From a virus: a stretch of 64,000 nt of DNA. Numbering within the stretch: position 1 is the stretch's first letter; each line of letters opens with the position of its first letter. Position numbers and translations under genes: made by a program. Positions 35,343-46,331 of this stretch are shown piece after piece. The notes below the pieces were generated by a model. It saw only the letters and a list, made by a program, of their open reading frames with translations. It had not been told where the DNA came from and ran no database searches. The DNA lies in the IMG/VR virus record IMGVR_UViG_3300032282_004151, positions 1 to 64,000 of that record, one strand, 5' to 3'.

Positions 35343-36530
35343 ATGGCAACATACAGTGCTTCATTGTACAACTGGTGGGACGCGACGACGGGCTCGGCGT
35401 TTCAAGGTGGCATACCATCTGACGGTGCGCAGATTACACAATGGTTTGATGCTGGTGTTGGTGGCATTACATTGAACAATGTTGCCGGTGGTAATAAAGT
35501 ATCATATACTGCGAGTGTGCAGAACGGTCAGGGCGCTGTGTTCTTTGCTAATAGCCAAGATAAATTTCTTGATGCTGCATATACTGCATTTAACAACAAG
35601 ACAGAAGCTACAGTTATATTTGCTGGTCGTACACTAACAGCAAGTTTATACCAGCAAGTATTCAGTACAGATAGCAATCAGCTATTTTTAAGAGTATCTG
35701 GCTCACATTGGTGCGTTGGTGCGGCTGGTGCATTTTTCACATCATCCATTGTACCTGATCCAAGTATATCACACGTTTTTACAGTTGTATACAGCGGATC
35801 TGGTGCAACTACTGCGGATAAAATAAAATTTAGAAGAGACGGCGCAGATGTTCCTCTGCATCTTGTATCTGGTAGCATAAGTTCAAGTTTCAATAATACC
35901 GGCACCAGATTTTTGGTTGGTGACAATTCGTCACTCAACTTGGACTTTTATGGATATATTCATGAACTATATGTTTACACAAGTTCATTGACTTCGGCGC
36001 AACTGTCTCAAACTGAAAATTATATCGGTTCAAAATATGCGCTGAATTTGGCTACGCCGACACCAACTCCGACTCCCACAACAACACCTACGCCGACACC
36101 AACTCCGACTCCCACAACAACACCTACGCCGACACCAACTCCAACTCCAACATCAACCAACGCGCCAACACCCACGCCATCATCAACTCCAGAGCCTTCT
36201 CCTACACCAACACCATTGCCATCGGTATGTGCGATTGTATTGTTGGACCGCAAATATACAACAATTCCACTTGGTCAAGAATACGCATATGCAACTCCAG
36301 TAAATGACTCAACGTTTGGATTGTATTATCAATTGTCTTGTACACAGAAAAAGACCAGCTTTGACTATTATGCAATATATCCACCTCTTACGGTGTTTAG
36401 CAGTTATTATAGTTATGTAACATATCTTGGCTTTACGGCGTCATATGATGCAAACACAAAGATTTACTTGAACAAAACTGGCGGATTAGACTGCAGTGAA
36501 AATTTGTTACAAGCAATCTACAGACCTTGA
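35343..36530 (+). CDS. LamG/ConA-like virion protein with Thr-Pro repeat
   Basis: WWDA...[13 protein letters not shown]...SAQ; long (TP)n; late motif at 35329. Confidence 0.75.
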   Translation: MATYSASLYNWWDATTGSAFQGGIPSDGAQITQWFDAGVGGITLNNVAGGNKVSYTASVQNGQGAVFFANSQDKFLDAAYTAFNNKTEATVIFAGRTLTASLYQQVFSTDSNQLFLRVSGSHWCVGAAGAFFTSSIVPDPSISHVFTVVYSGSGATTADKIKFRRDGADVPLHLVSGSISSSFNNTGTRFLVGDNSSLNLDFYGYIHELYVYTSSLTSAQLSQTENYIGSKYALNLATPTPTPTPTTTPTPTPTPTPTTTPTPTPTPTPTSTNAPTPTPSSTPEPSPTPTPLPSVCAIVLLDRKYTTIPLGQEYAYATPVNDSTFGLYYQLSCTQKKTSFDYYAIYPPLTVFSSYYSYVTYLGFTASYDANTKIYLNKTGGLDCSENLLQAIYRP

Positions 36531-36547
36531 TATACTTATATGTACGT

Positions 36548-36742
36548 ATGAACCCAAATATAAAAGAAATTGGAAATGTAATCAAGCAAATGCAAGTTGT
36601 CGGCGCAGTAAGTAATTCGCCAACCTTTAACCAAGCAGCAGCGGACATTGTAAAGCAGGGTATAGTAGATAAAACTAATGCCAGAATGAACTATACTCCC
36701 CAGCTATCAAGACCAATAACAACGCCTAAAAAGCCGCTATAA
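36548..36742 (+). CDS. small late hypothetical protein
   Basis: TACTTATA 7 nt before ATG. Confidence 0.5.
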   Translation: MNPNIKEIGNVIKQMQVVGAVSNSPTFNQAAADIVKQGIVDKTNARMNYTPQLSRPITTPKKPL

Positions 36743-36775
36743 TACGGGTCTTTCATATATTTATATATTAAATAT

Positions 36776-38455
36776 ATGAGCAGAGTACCGTTTGATATCC
36801 AGTTTTTATTAGAAAGCATATTGTCTGAAGACCCAGACAGAGTGTATCTTACTAAAAACTCGGTGGCGAAGTTGCGCAAAGATGGCTCGGATGTGTTCGA
36901 GGATACACTTGATTGGGACACAACCCCTGACGCTATTCCTTTTTATATAGATCAGGAAGAGAACGTGGTTATTTTTTGCAAAATGAATACTCACGGTAGA
37001 ATGGAGAGGGCATTAAGCCACGCCGCTAATGTATCCATAGATAACATAATGTATGAAAGAGATTGTGTTGAAAAAACATACATGAATTGTCATGGCATTT
37101 ATGTAAAATCAGGCATTGATGTTGCAGTTTATTTTTATGGCCTTCCTAAAAGCAATATGGAAGGCATCAAGGAATATTTGAAGGAAAACCGTACACGATT
37201 AAAGCGTTTGAAAATACGCGGTACTGGTGATGAAAGCGAGGCAATCGAGTTGTGCGGAAGAATGTGGTATCAGCACAGCGCAATAAGTTTTTGGAATGAA
37301 AAAGCAAATGTAAGTGGACTATTTAATCTTGTCTTTAGTTTCATGAAGCAATGCGGAATGAACCCAAGCAAATGTGCATATGAGTTTATTGACAGCAAGC
37401 AGATGTTTTCTTACAAGGAACTTAGAGGCAACGTCGATGACAAAGAAAAATTAAGTCCTGAAGAAATCAAAGCATTACAATCAAAGCAGCATTTGGATCC
37501 AAAGGCAAAAGCCAAATTGTTTGGACCAGAATATAAACAAAAGCACAAGGAAAAAGCTGCGAAAAGATTTGATTATCCTGCAAAGGCCGACGCATCAATG
37601 CCTGCACTTGAAGGTAGAATAAAACTGAAGGATCTTATCAAGGAAAGTCCAGATGTAATAATATCGGTTGATGGAAAAACTAATTTGGCGCATTATACTT
37701 CTGGGGATGCAATTGCATTTTTTGCATATCCAAACTTTTCAGCATTAAATCCCGGCGGAGTTCATACCGACATAATGCAGGAGTTTCAAACCGTATATGA
37801 TAATCTTGATCAGATAAACAGCGACCCCTCCGAAAAAAAATATTACGCGAATAGAATATATAAACATGGTGTAATTATTTCAAACGTTGATGATATGTTT
37901 GATGCATTATCTTCTGGTCCATTGCATGATTATATTAAAAGTGAAACTTGGAGAAGTGACGATGAGGATCCGGGCGCGTTTAGGGTAAAGTCCAGTGGAT
38001 TGGGCGGAAGATTGTGGAAAAATAGAAAGCTAATTTCATTTTGGAACAGCAAGGAAGATGTATTAAAAGATTGGAGTTATGTGGAGAAAATGTTCAGAGA
38101 TAATCAATTTGAAATCGGTAATCTCGAAGATTATAATGTAGATTGGATTGAAAGAGATGTTCGTGGTGGCGGAGAACTAACTCCCGCAAGTTCAATATCA
38201 AGCTATCGCAGTGAAAAGAAAGATGATCCCAGCCAACTGAGTTTCCTAGACAAACTTGCTGATGAAAAGCCAATAAGCAAAGAAGAAATCAAGAAGATAC
38301 AGCAAAGATTGCACACTATGTCTGCCCAAGAAAAGAAAAGTGCATTGATGAAACTTGGAGCAACTAACACAAAGGCAGCAGACATTGCAGATAAACTTGG
38401 TATGACCGTGGCAGAATTCAATCACATAATGAATGTGAACGAAGGAGAAGAATAA
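36776..38455 (+). CDS. internally duplicated putative head-internal protein
   Basis: two halves starting LLESILSEDPD / LKDLIKESPD, each with GR.W....ISFWN and PEEIK/KEEIK..Q...H. Confidence 0.7.
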   Translation: MSRVPFDIQFLLESILSEDPDRVYLTKNSVAKLRKDGSDVFEDTLDWDTTPDAIPFYIDQEENVVIFCKMNTHGRMERALSHAANVSIDNIMYERDCVEKTYMNCHGIYVKSGIDVAVYFYGLPKSNMEGIKEYLKENRTRLKRLKIRGTGDESEAIELCGRMWYQHSAISFWNEKANVSGLFNLVFSFMKQCGMNPSKCAYEFIDSKQMFSYKELRGNVDDKEKLSPEEIKALQSKQHLDPKAKAKLFGPEYKQKHKEKAAKRFDYPAKADASMPALEGRIKLKDLIKESPDVIISVDGKTNLAHYTSGDAIAFFAYPNFSALNPGGVHTDIMQEFQTVYDNLDQINSDPSEKKYYANRIYKHGVIISNVDDMFDALSSGPLHDYIKSETWRSDDEDPGAFRVKSSGLGGRLWKNRKLISFWNSKEDVLKDWSYVEKMFRDNQFEIGNLEDYNVDWIERDVRGGGELTPASSISSYRSEKKDDPSQLSFLDKLADEKPISKEEIKKIQQRLHTMSAQEKKSALMKLGATNTKAADIADKLGMTVAEFNHIMNVNEGEE

Positions 38456-38458
38456 TTT

Positions 38459-38992
38459 ATGGCACGTACAATACCTTTACACGGAAATCCAGAAGGAAAT
38501 GTTTTTGGAATGGTTGGAGAAATAATATTATCCGATGATGGAAACTATTATATCAAAGTTTCAAATGACTCAAAGAATACTGGATGGCAAGCAATAGTTT
38601 ATGCCGAAAGTAGTACTCCAACCCCTACACCAACAATAACTCCTACGATAACGCCAACGATAACGTCAACACCAAACCAAGAATCGCCTACGCCAACAAG
38701 TACTTCCACTCCAACCGTTACACCAACAGTTACACCAACGGTGACCGTTACTCCAAGTGAAACTCCTCCAGAACCGTCACCATCTACTGTATATCAATGC
38801 CATAATTATGATTTCTATTATGATCCCGCTGGAGTTTTGTATGGAACATACCATAACTGCGCAGGAACTCTAATATATGCCAATCAGACTGGAACTCCTT
38901 CGACATATGCATATTCAGATTGCGTGGACGATCTTAATTACACAGTTGACATAACTGATGGTACGTCTCAACAACAATCACCTTGCTATTAA
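38459..38992 (+). CDS. virion protein with Thr-Pro repeat
   Basis: HGNPE N-domain + (TP)n + Cys-containing tip. Confidence 0.7.
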   Translation: MARTIPLHGNPEGNVFGMVGEIILSDDGNYYIKVSNDSKNTGWQAIVYAESSTPTPTPTITPTITPTITSTPNQESPTPTSTSTPTVTPTVTPTVTVTPSETPPEPSPSTVYQCHNYDFYYDPAGVLYGTYHNCAGTLIYANQTGTPSTYAYSDCVDDLNYTVDITDGTSQQQSPCY

Positions 38993-38993
38993 A

Positions 38994-39251
38994 ATGAACG
39001 ACGTACTTATTACCAAAACAATACAAGCTTTGTCCGCGTCATTCTCTGACACTAGACCAAGCGTGAATAGCACAAATTTTTATATACAATCAAATGGATC
39101 AAAAATTCCAATTTGGGGATATCGGGTTTATTCAACATACCCAACTAACGGTTTATTCGTTGTACTTACCAGAACAAAAAGCGGAGACAGTTATATCAAT
39201 GCCAATTTAACGGACGATGTATATTATTCGTCAACACCTTTCACAATTTGA
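38994..39251 (+). CDS. hypothetical late protein
   Basis: MNDVLITK ORF between the paralogues. Confidence 0.5.
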   Translation: MNDVLITKTIQALSASFSDTRPSVNSTNFYIQSNGSKIPIWGYRVYSTYPTNGLFVVLTRTKSGDSYINANLTDDVYYSSTPFTI

Positions 39252-39256
39252 TCGTT

Positions 39257-40138
39257 ATGAATAAAGGAATACCAACTCACGGAAATCCAGAATATAGTGT
39301 ATTTGGCATCATAGGTACGACGATTGGTACCGATGAAGGCAAATCGTATTACAAAGAAACTGATGATACAAAGAACATCGGGTGGGTGCAATCATATCCA
39401 ATAACCACTGTAACACCAACTATATCACTTACTCCAACCGAAAATGGAACTCCTACTGTAACACCAACTCCGACGGTTACACCAACGATTACGCCGACTA
39501 TCACTCCTTCAAATCAAGAAACGCAAACGCCTACACCAACAGTCACCGAAACTCCCACGGTTACTCCATCTTTAACTCCAGATTTGACGCCAACAACCAC
39601 CCCAACTCCGACTTCTACACAGGGATTGAGCCCAACACCAACACCAACAGAAACTGTTACTCCAACAACAACCCCGACCCCAACGGTGACACCAAGTACT
39701 CAAATATATTCGTTAACAGTATCTTCCGATGGAAATGGCAGTACCTCGCCGTTTGGAACAAATAGTTATCTTAGTGGAACTTCTGTTATACTATTAGCCA
39801 GTCCAAATGTTGGTTATTTTTTTAATACTTGGGTATTTACAGGAACTCCAGATCCAAGTGATGGCCCTGAGTATGCCAATAGTACAAATATTATAATGAA
39901 TGGAGATAGAACCGCTACTGCATATTTCACCGCTATACCGCAGTCGTATCAAATATACATTACGCGAGATACAATAGGAAATTATGGATTTACGTATAGA
40001 GATAAATTTGGAAACATTCAAAGTACAGGTAGTATAGGCGGAGTTCCAAATTCAACAGAATTCAATGTGGCATGTGGCTATGAGATAATCAGTTACAACA
40101 CTGGTTCGTTTGCAGGGTTGTCAGCAGTTACTTGCTAA
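39257..40138 (+). CDS. virion protein with Thr-Pro repeat and InlB-B-repeat-like domain
   Basis: HGNPE N-domain, ~100-aa T/P tract, YSLTV...GT.V.L.ASP..GY.F..W...TATAYF. Confidence 0.75.
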   Translation: MNKGIPTHGNPEYSVFGIIGTTIGTDEGKSYYKETDDTKNIGWVQSYPITTVTPTISLTPTENGTPTVTPTPTVTPTITPTITPSNQETQTPTPTVTETPTVTPSLTPDLTPTTTPTPTSTQGLSPTPTPTETVTPTTTPTPTVTPSTQIYSLTVSSDGNGSTSPFGTNSYLSGTSVILLASPNVGYFFNTWVFTGTPDPSDGPEYANSTNIIMNGDRTATAYFTAIPQSYQIYITRDTIGNYGFTYRDKFGNIQSTGSIGGVPNSTEFNVACGYEIISYNTGSFAGLSAVTC

Positions 40139-40193
40139 TAAGATATTTCACAAAGACCTTGACTTTGTATATAATGTGTGCATTATTGTACGC

Positions 40194-40391
40194 ATGATGA
40201 ATAACACATCTAATACAAACACAGTCAAACGCGGTCGCGGTCGTCCTCGTAAGGATACCGTTGCCAATATTACCAATAAGAATAAGCCTATTGATAATTC
40301 TATTCCTGCTCTATTAGAACCCAACATTCATGATATCCACGACGAGCTTGTGCGTATGGATAGCTTTGCGTATTCCCGTTATAACGAATAA
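40194..40391 (+). CDS. AT-hook small protein
   Basis: KRGRGRPRK; sigma70-like promoter at 40159. Confidence 0.55.
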   Translation: MMNNTSNTNTVKRGRGRPRKDTVANITNKNKPIDNSIPALLEPNIHDIHDELVRMDSFAYSRYNE

Positions 40392-40413
40392 CACAACAAA
40401 AAACAAAACAAGT

Positions 40414-40605
40414 ATGACAAACACAATCAGTAACACAACTGAGACCAAAATGTATGCCATTTTTCGAAATGGCTTCCGCGTCAGCGATTCGGAGTATGAC
40501 TCCAAGTTGGACGCCCAGCGAGAACTGGACTATTGGGAAAATATCATCAAGCGCCATCCCGATGGTAGCAAGCTTGAGATCCGTCAACTCAACTATCGTC
40601 GTTAA
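40414..40605 (+). CDS. small hypothetical protein
   Basis: RNGFRVSDSEY...YW..II...PDGSK. Confidence 0.55.
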   Translation: MTNTISNTTETKMYAIFRNGFRVSDSEYDSKLDAQRELDYWENIIKRHPDGSKLEIRQLNYRR

Positions 40606-40608
40606 TTT

Positions 40609-40818
40609 ATGACAGGACTACGTCAAAAAATCCTATCGGCTACTTCTGAGGCGGAAGTGAGCAAGCTGATGGAAGAAGGTAAAACATATGAATTTGCGAG
40701 CGTGAAGACTCGGAATTCATGGAAGAGCGCTGCGGCACGCAGGCTGCGGGGAGATGTTTACGCCCCCAAGGTTGTAGATGCTCCTGCAAAGAAGAAAAAG
40801 GTGCGCCGTAGTCGGTAA
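40609..40818 (+). CDS. small basic hypothetical protein
   Basis: 69 aa; followed by terminator GGGGAGG-gaaa-CCTCCCC. Confidence 0.55.
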   Translation: MTGLRQKILSATSEAEVSKLMEEGKTYEFASVKTRNSWKSAAARRLRGDVYAPKVVDAPAKKKKVRRSR

Positions 40819-40852
40819 CAAAAAGGGGAGGGAAACCTCCCCTTATTTTTTT

Positions 40853-41317
40853 ATGAAAAAACTTCCGAAACATGAATGGAAATGGGTTGAATGTGAACTG
40901 GGATACATCAATCCTTTATTTAAGGAAATGTGGCTGCGGTTTGAGCCTATGGTATTTGACAAAGATACCGAAACCGCCGAACTTGAATTGCACAATAATA
41001 ACTTTAGAATTGTGGCAAATCCAAAATTTTGGAAATCATGTGATAGATATAAACAAATATTTATCATCTGCCATGAAATGTGCCATGTGATGTTTGGTCA
41101 TTGGTTAATCGACCCTAAGATGAACAGAGAATGGTGCAACATTGCTCAAGATATTCAGGTCAACGAATTCTTGCTTCATCTGCACTTTAATAAAATGCGT
41201 TTGGTTGGCGACGACTTTGTTACACTTGAACTTGTGTTCAAAGACAAAGCAAATCTTGTAAAGAATAGCCAAGATTATAGGTACTATTATGAACTTTTGA
41301 TGCAGTGTGCATCATAG
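40853..41317 (+). CDS. HExxH metallopeptidase-like (DUF2201-N-like)
   Basis: NPKFW...CHEMCH...NIAQDIQVNE. Confidence 0.7.
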   Translation: MKKLPKHEWKWVECELGYINPLFKEMWLRFEPMVFDKDTETAELELHNNNFRIVANPKFWKSCDRYKQIFIICHEMCHVMFGHWLIDPKMNREWCNIAQDIQVNEFLLHLHFNKMRLVGDDFVTLELVFKDKANLVKNSQDYRYYYELLMQCAS

Positions 41318-41326
41318 TTATAATAG

Positions 41327-41536
41327 ATGAAAGTTGAAATAACAGAGGCAGAGTTAAAAACACGGCAATATAAAGGTGCCGTGTTTATCTGCCGTTCTTG
41401 CAAGGATAACAGTAACAAAATAATGATGTTACGTTATGATGAAAGTAAAGATACTCCAAGGGGAGTATACTACCAATTTTGCAGCGATTGCGTAAAGATG
41501 CTAAAAGACTGTATTCCTTGCAGACTTAGGAAATAG
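41327..41536 (+). CDS. small Zn-ribbon-like protein
   Basis: two CxxC pairs. Confidence 0.5.
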   Translation: MKVEITEAELKTRQYKGAVFICRSCKDNSNKIMMLRYDESKDTPRGVYYQFCSDCVKMLKDCIPCRLRK

Positions 41537-41855
41537 ACGGTGGTAAACTTAATGGAGTTGGGGTAGGCGTTGGATGTTGTTGATTTATTTGAATACTTTC
41601 CCATCTCGGAGGATTGTCTGGGCACCTTGAATGTGGAAGATATAATTTTCCAACCGAACATCCACATTTTCCACACGCACCAAAGTTATTATATGCCTCG
41701 GGTTTCCAATGTGGGCATGCTATGCATATAGTTTTGCGTTGTTGAAATATTTCATCGGATACTCGCTGAAATTTATCGTTGACTGCCCAATTTACGGCGG
41801 CTTGACCTAGACTTTTTGCTTTGTCAATTAAATTTGGTTCTTTGTTCTCTTCCAT
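41526..41855 (-). CDS. DUF6171-like Cys-rich protein with short TP tail
   Basis: RKTICIACP...CGKCGC...CP...W. Confidence 0.65.
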   Translation of the reverse strand: MEENKEPNLIDKAKSLGQAAVNWAVNDKFQRVSDEIFQQRKTICIACPHWKPEAYNNFGACGKCGCSVGKLYLPHSRCPDNPPRWESIQINQQHPTPTPTPLSLPPSIS

Positions 41856-41869
41856 GATATTTATATGTA

Positions 41870-42247
41870 GTGTTCAACACTGATAAAAAATTACAGATAC
41901 CTAAAGAATTTACCCTTTTTGGGCATAAATACAGTGTTGTTATAAAAAAAGATCTGTTTGAAACTGAGGATTGTTATGGTCACGCGGATGATGATTTAAA
42001 ACAAATCGTCCTACAAGATGTCGGTGAAGTCAAGAAGATATATGAAGAGGATGGCAAGACGATTGAAGCAAATATGATCATAACGGAAGAAACAATGATC
42101 GAAACATTTTTTCATGAGGTTGTGCATATCATACTTGATGCGTCTGGAGAAATAGAATTATCCGAAAATGAAAAGTTTGTGAATATAATGGGCAAAGCTT
42201 GGTTAGAAATATATTTATCTTCAACATATGAAAAAGACTCCAAATAA
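41870..42247 (+). CDS. HExxH phage protein
   Basis: ETFFHEVVH...NEKFV; TATTTATA at 41858. Confidence 0.7.
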   Translation: MFNTDKKLQIPKEFTLFGHKYSVVIKKDLFETEDCYGHADDDLKQIVLQDVGEVKKIYEEDGKTIEANMIITEETMIETFFHEVVHIILDASGEIELSENEKFVNIMGKAWLEIYLSSTYEKDSK

Positions 42248-42593
42248 GAAGTCTGGTTCAAAGAAAAAAGAAGTTTATGAAACAATAGAACTTCCGTGTA
42301 ACAACGAAGACATGGAAAGTTATATCAAAGAGCATAGGGTGGAAATAAATAGAAAAATCGTTAACACCATAAATTATGCACTGCGCAATCATTTGGGCGC
42401 TGTTGAAGTATTTTCATTCAAGAACTCAAACTTTGTGGTTGTGTTGAACCGAAAGTATTTCAAGGAAAGCTTGGAGAACATACTTGAATTCAGTCTTGGT
42501 ACAGAAGATTTTGATACCTGCGTCAAGGCTAAGAGTATCATAAAAAAGATAGATAAGTTGGACTATATGATTTTGTATAAAAAAATAAAATAA
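42228..42593 (+). CDS. hypothetical protein
   Basis: 121-aa ORF before phoH. Confidence 0.6.
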   Translation: MKKTPNKKSGSKKKEVYETIELPCNNEDMESYIKEHRVEINRKIVNTINYALRNHLGAVEVFSFKNSNFVVVLNRKYFKESLENILEFSLGTEDFDTCVKAKSIIKKIDKLDYMILYKKIK

Positions 42594-42596
42594 ACT

Positions 42597-43364
42597 ATGT
42601 CAAAGAAAAAAAGACTACAGAACAAGAAGATAAAACTTGAAGAACAAATTCACCCACAAGTAGTAAAAGACAAAAGTCCAGTAGTCTACCAACGAAACAA
42701 GATAGAACATTTCTTAACAATATTTCAGAGAGAGTTAACAGAGAAGCAAAAGAAATTTATTGAACTAGCACTTGATAAGAAAGTCAAGTTGCTATTGGTG
42801 TCTGGCCCTGCTGGATCCACAAAAACGTATCTGTCTGTCCTCGCGTCACTGATGCTTATGAATGAAAAAAAGATCAGTGACATTCTTTATGTGCGCAGCA
42901 TTGTTGAAAGCGCAGATGTTAAAATGGGAACATTGCCGGGCGAAGCTGATGATAAGCTAAGTCCATACAAGCGACCACTCATTGATAAACTTGACGAGCT
43001 TCTGCCGAAGGATGATATTCAATTTCTTATCAAAGATAATCGCATCGAAGGATTGCCAGTTGGCTATCTTCGTGGTTTGAATTGGAACGCCAAGGCAGTC
43101 ATTGGAGATGAAATGCAGAACTGTACAAAGAAAGAATTGGTCACTCTTATGACCAGAACTGGTGAATTCAGCAAAGTATTCTTGTGCGGCGATCCTCAAC
43201 AAAGTGATATTGGAGTACGCTCTGGCTTCAGAGATATATTCAATTTATTCAATGATGATGACAGCAAGGCAAACGGTATATATACGTTTGAATTCACAGA
43301 AGATGATATCTTACGCAGCGCTTTGGTGAAGTTTATTGTACAAAAGATCAAAAATTTGGGTTAA
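42597..43364 (+). CDS. phoH: PhoH-like ATPase
   Basis: GPAGSTKT, GTLPG, YLRG, DEMQN, TRTG, GDPQQSD, DILRS. Confidence 0.92.
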   Translation: MSKKKRLQNKKIKLEEQIHPQVVKDKSPVVYQRNKIEHFLTIFQRELTEKQKKFIELALDKKVKLLLVSGPAGSTKTYLSVLASLMLMNEKKISDILYVRSIVESADVKMGTLPGEADDKLSPYKRPLIDKLDELLPKDDIQFLIKDNRIEGLPVGYLRGLNWNAKAVIGDEMQNCTKKELVTLMTRTGEFSKVFLCGDPQQSDIGVRSGFRDIFNLFNDDDSKANGIYTFEFTEDDILRSALVKFIVQKIKNLG

Positions 43365-43451
43365 TTTTTGTATAAAAACTTCTTTATTATAAAACCTCGT
43401 CAAATGGTATATATTTTTCCATTTGATTGATATTTATAGTGAAAAGATATC

Positions 43452-45977
43452 ATGTCAAATCAGAAAACAACCGAACTTAGGCGCTTAGTATTGGGTGATT
43501 TGGTGCCCGGTGATCTAATACCAATAGTAGACGTAAGTGCCAGCACGAGTCCAACTGGAGAAACCAAGGCGGTTACTGCGGCTACGTTTGCGCAATACAT
43601 AATTTCGGGTGGATTTCTTGAAATGTATTCTCCGGTGTTTCCACACCAAACGGCAAATGGATTGGCATTCGACGAGTCCATCACTCCAGCCGATGCTCCA
43701 TATGAACAAGAAAATTGGAGATGCTATACAGAGTTTCCTTCAATCGGAACCGAATTCAGTTTGGCAGTCAGAGCATTTGTACCATCTTCATTCAATGCAG
43801 CGCCAACAGAGAAAGTATTGATCGGTGTTGGTACGGATTTGAATGACATTACTGGATCTGCACAGTGTGCATATATTGGTGTCCAATCATATGATTTGAT
43901 TGGATTTACCAACGATGGTACAAACACAAAATTGATTGTGTTTCCAGATTATTTTTTGGATTTTCCAAATAGGGCATTTGAAACAATAATGACAAGAGAT
44001 GCGGCTGGAACATTGACACTGTTCTTGAATAGCACCGCAGTTGGTACACTAAGCGGTCCAATCACAGCAATTACCAGTTCATATTTGGTATTGGGAAATG
44101 GAAGTGCATATTACAACAATCTTGCATGCACTATTTATGAGGCACATGTTTATACAGCATCTCTGAGCGAAGCTCAAGTTAATCAAATATTCTACGGAGG
44201 TACAAAAAATTCAGGAGATGGATTATTTGCTTCATATAAATCCATTAATCTAAATCCCGGCCCAACACAGTGGCTAGACTCGGTTGGAAATCATCATTTG
44301 TTGCTTCCTATCACTGGAGCATATGCTACAAATCCAGACAAGGAATTCAGTTTAAGATTTCATAGCGATGGATCGTCATCGTACCTTGGAAATGGAACCA
44401 AGAGAGATGTTCTACCAGAAAATTATGTATTGACCGATGCATTTGTATATTCGACTGGCTCTCCATTGCTTTCTATTGGATCCTCTGCATCGGTAGCAGG
44501 ACCGGGAGAAAGTGCAATAGACTCTTGGAACAATAACAGAGTTCCATTGACATACGCACAATACAGCAGAAACAATCTTCCGTTAATTGACTTAGGTGTG
44601 GCACACAAAGACAGAAGTATTTATGTGTTTTATAGCGCAAGTGCAGCACCATGCACATTTAGCTTTGAAGGGTATGTATCGGAATATGGTCCAGTGTATT
44701 ATATCCCACCATCCCAAACACCTACACCTACTCCAACGCCAACGATTACACCTTCGACGACTATAACTCCAACTCCATCAATTACGCCGACGAATACATC
44801 GACTCCAACGGTGACACCAACGATAACTCAGACTCCTACCGTAACTCCTACACCGGGTCTAAGTCCTACGGCGACACCAACAATAACACCAACGAGAACA
44901 CCAACGGTAACTCCTACTCGCACGACTGGTCTACCTCCAGTTAGCCCATCCGTAACTCCAACACGTACAGCAACTCCTACACCTACATCTCCTACATATA
45001 CAGTGCAGGCTAACAACAATACTGGAGGAAGTTCTGTATGCTTTAATGGTAACTGCAGTGGAACTCCAATCGCCGGAGTATTGGCGGGAACATATTCATT
45101 GGTGGCAACTCCTCTTAGCGGATATGGATTTACGAGTTGGACAATAAACAGCGGAACTCCAACAATTGCCAATATCGATAGTGCAAATACAACAATAACA
45201 ATAAATGGATCGACGACTGTAACTGCTAACTTCACAAACACAACATATTCAGTAACATTGAATGTTGGGGCCGGAGGATCCGCGCTTACCGTCAGTGGAA
45301 TAGGGTCTGCACCGGGAACATATACGGGCATATTGCCGGGATCATATAACTTGGGATCAACAGCTGCGCCGGGATATGAATTTGTAAGCTATAATGTCAC
45401 CGGTGGGTCAACAAATACTCCAATACAAGCTACGGTGCTCAATGTAACTGGTAATTGCACAGTAACAGGCGTGTGGAGTCTAATACCTTCTCCGTCTCCT
45501 ACGCAAACACCTACAGTAACACCTACAGTAACACCGACACCAACAACTCCAACATATAAGATCAATGTAATCAATGGCGATGGTGGTTCGAGCGCATGTT
45601 TTGATTTGCACTGCGATCCGAGCGATTATTACGCAACGGCAGGAACTCATACGCTATCCGCAACTCCGCTTTCCGGATTTACATTTAGCAGTTGGTCTGG
45701 ACCGGGAGTGCAAAATCCATCAAGCGCAACATCAAATGTGTCGGTGACTGGTACTGCAACATATACAGCGAACTTTGATCCAATATGCTATAGTGTAAGT
45801 ATTTACTATGATGTAAACGGCCAAGCCGCATTGTCGGGTGAAAATTGCGCTGGAAGTGATGTATCATTTGATACCGGAACGGGTGCGGGCATCGAAGGTG
45901 AATTGCATGGCACCTACTGTCTAAGGGATGGATTTAATATCATTCACGGAACATTCAGCAACTTAGGCAGTTGCTAA
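43452..45977 (+). CDS. fibre/decoration virion protein: LamG-like + Thr-Pro tracts + InlB-B-repeat-like domains
   Basis: KTTEL...DLIPIVD...ETK N-terminus typical of fibres; two TP tracts; repeated ATP.SG..F.SW. Confidence 0.75.
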   Translation: MSNQKTTELRRLVLGDLVPGDLIPIVDVSASTSPTGETKAVTAATFAQYIISGGFLEMYSPVFPHQTANGLAFDESITPADAPYEQENWRCYTEFPSIGTEFSLAVRAFVPSSFNAAPTEKVLIGVGTDLNDITGSAQCAYIGVQSYDLIGFTNDGTNTKLIVFPDYFLDFPNRAFETIMTRDAAGTLTLFLNSTAVGTLSGPITAITSSYLVLGNGSAYYNNLACTIYEAHVYTASLSEAQVNQIFYGGTKNSGDGLFASYKSINLNPGPTQWLDSVGNHHLLLPITGAYATNPDKEFSLRFHSDGSSSYLGNGTKRDVLPENYVLTDAFVYSTGSPLLSIGSSASVAGPGESAIDSWNNNRVPLTYAQYSRNNLPLIDLGVAHKDRSIYVFYSASAAPCTFSFEGYVSEYGPVYYIPPSQTPTPTPTPTITPSTTITPTPSITPTNTSTPTVTPTITQTPTVTPTPGLSPTATPTITPTRTPTVTPTRTTGLPPVSPSVTPTRTATPTPTSPTYTVQANNNTGGSSVCFNGNCSGTPIAGVLAGTYSLVATPLSGYGFTSWTINSGTPTIANIDSANTTITINGSTTVTANFTNTTYSVTLNVGAGGSALTVSGIGSAPGTYTGILPGSYNLGSTAAPGYEFVSYNVTGGSTNTPIQATVLNVTGNCTVTGVWSLIPSPSPTQTPTVTPTVTPTPTTPTYKINVINGDGGSSACFDLHCDPSDYYATAGTHTLSATPLSGFTFSSWSGPGVQNPSSATSNVSVTGTATYTANFDPICYSVSIYYDVNGQAALSGENCAGSDVSFDTGTGAGIEGELHGTYCLRDGFNIIHGTFSNLGSC

Positions 45978-45993
45978 AAGGTTCCTACATATT

Positions 45994-46269
45994 ATGATTA
46001 ACAACCAAATAATATTTTCTGGCTCAAAGGCAGATACAATTCAGTATCTTAATACCAATTTTTCGTTATTAACCAATAAACCAAACAATCCAAACGTCGG
46101 AGATAGATGGATATTGGAAAACGAAAAAGGTCAGCCCGGCGCATTTTCTTGGTCTGAGCAATTGAATAGTCTCAATTTGTCCGGATCAATAAGAAATTTA
46201 GTTTATAAAGAGTGCATAGCTCCAAATGTGTCGTCATCACTTTGGATTAAAGTAAAACTCACAGAATAA
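45994..46269 (+). CDS. hypothetical late protein
   Basis: 91-aa ORF. Confidence 0.5.
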   Translation: MINNQIIFSGSKADTIQYLNTNFSLLTNKPNNPNVGDRWILENEKGQPGAFSWSEQLNSLNLSGSIRNLVYKECIAPNVSSSLWIKVKLTE

Positions 46270-46331
46270 TATAATTAAAATATTTATTATAACTTGTATA
46301 TATATGATATAAATCTATAATACAAAGTTAT

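Noticed and set aside
36020-36253. Val-Gly repeat ORFs on the - strand (also 44828-45331, 45389-45574)
   Set aside because: Reverse-complement read-out of Thr-Pro coding repeats
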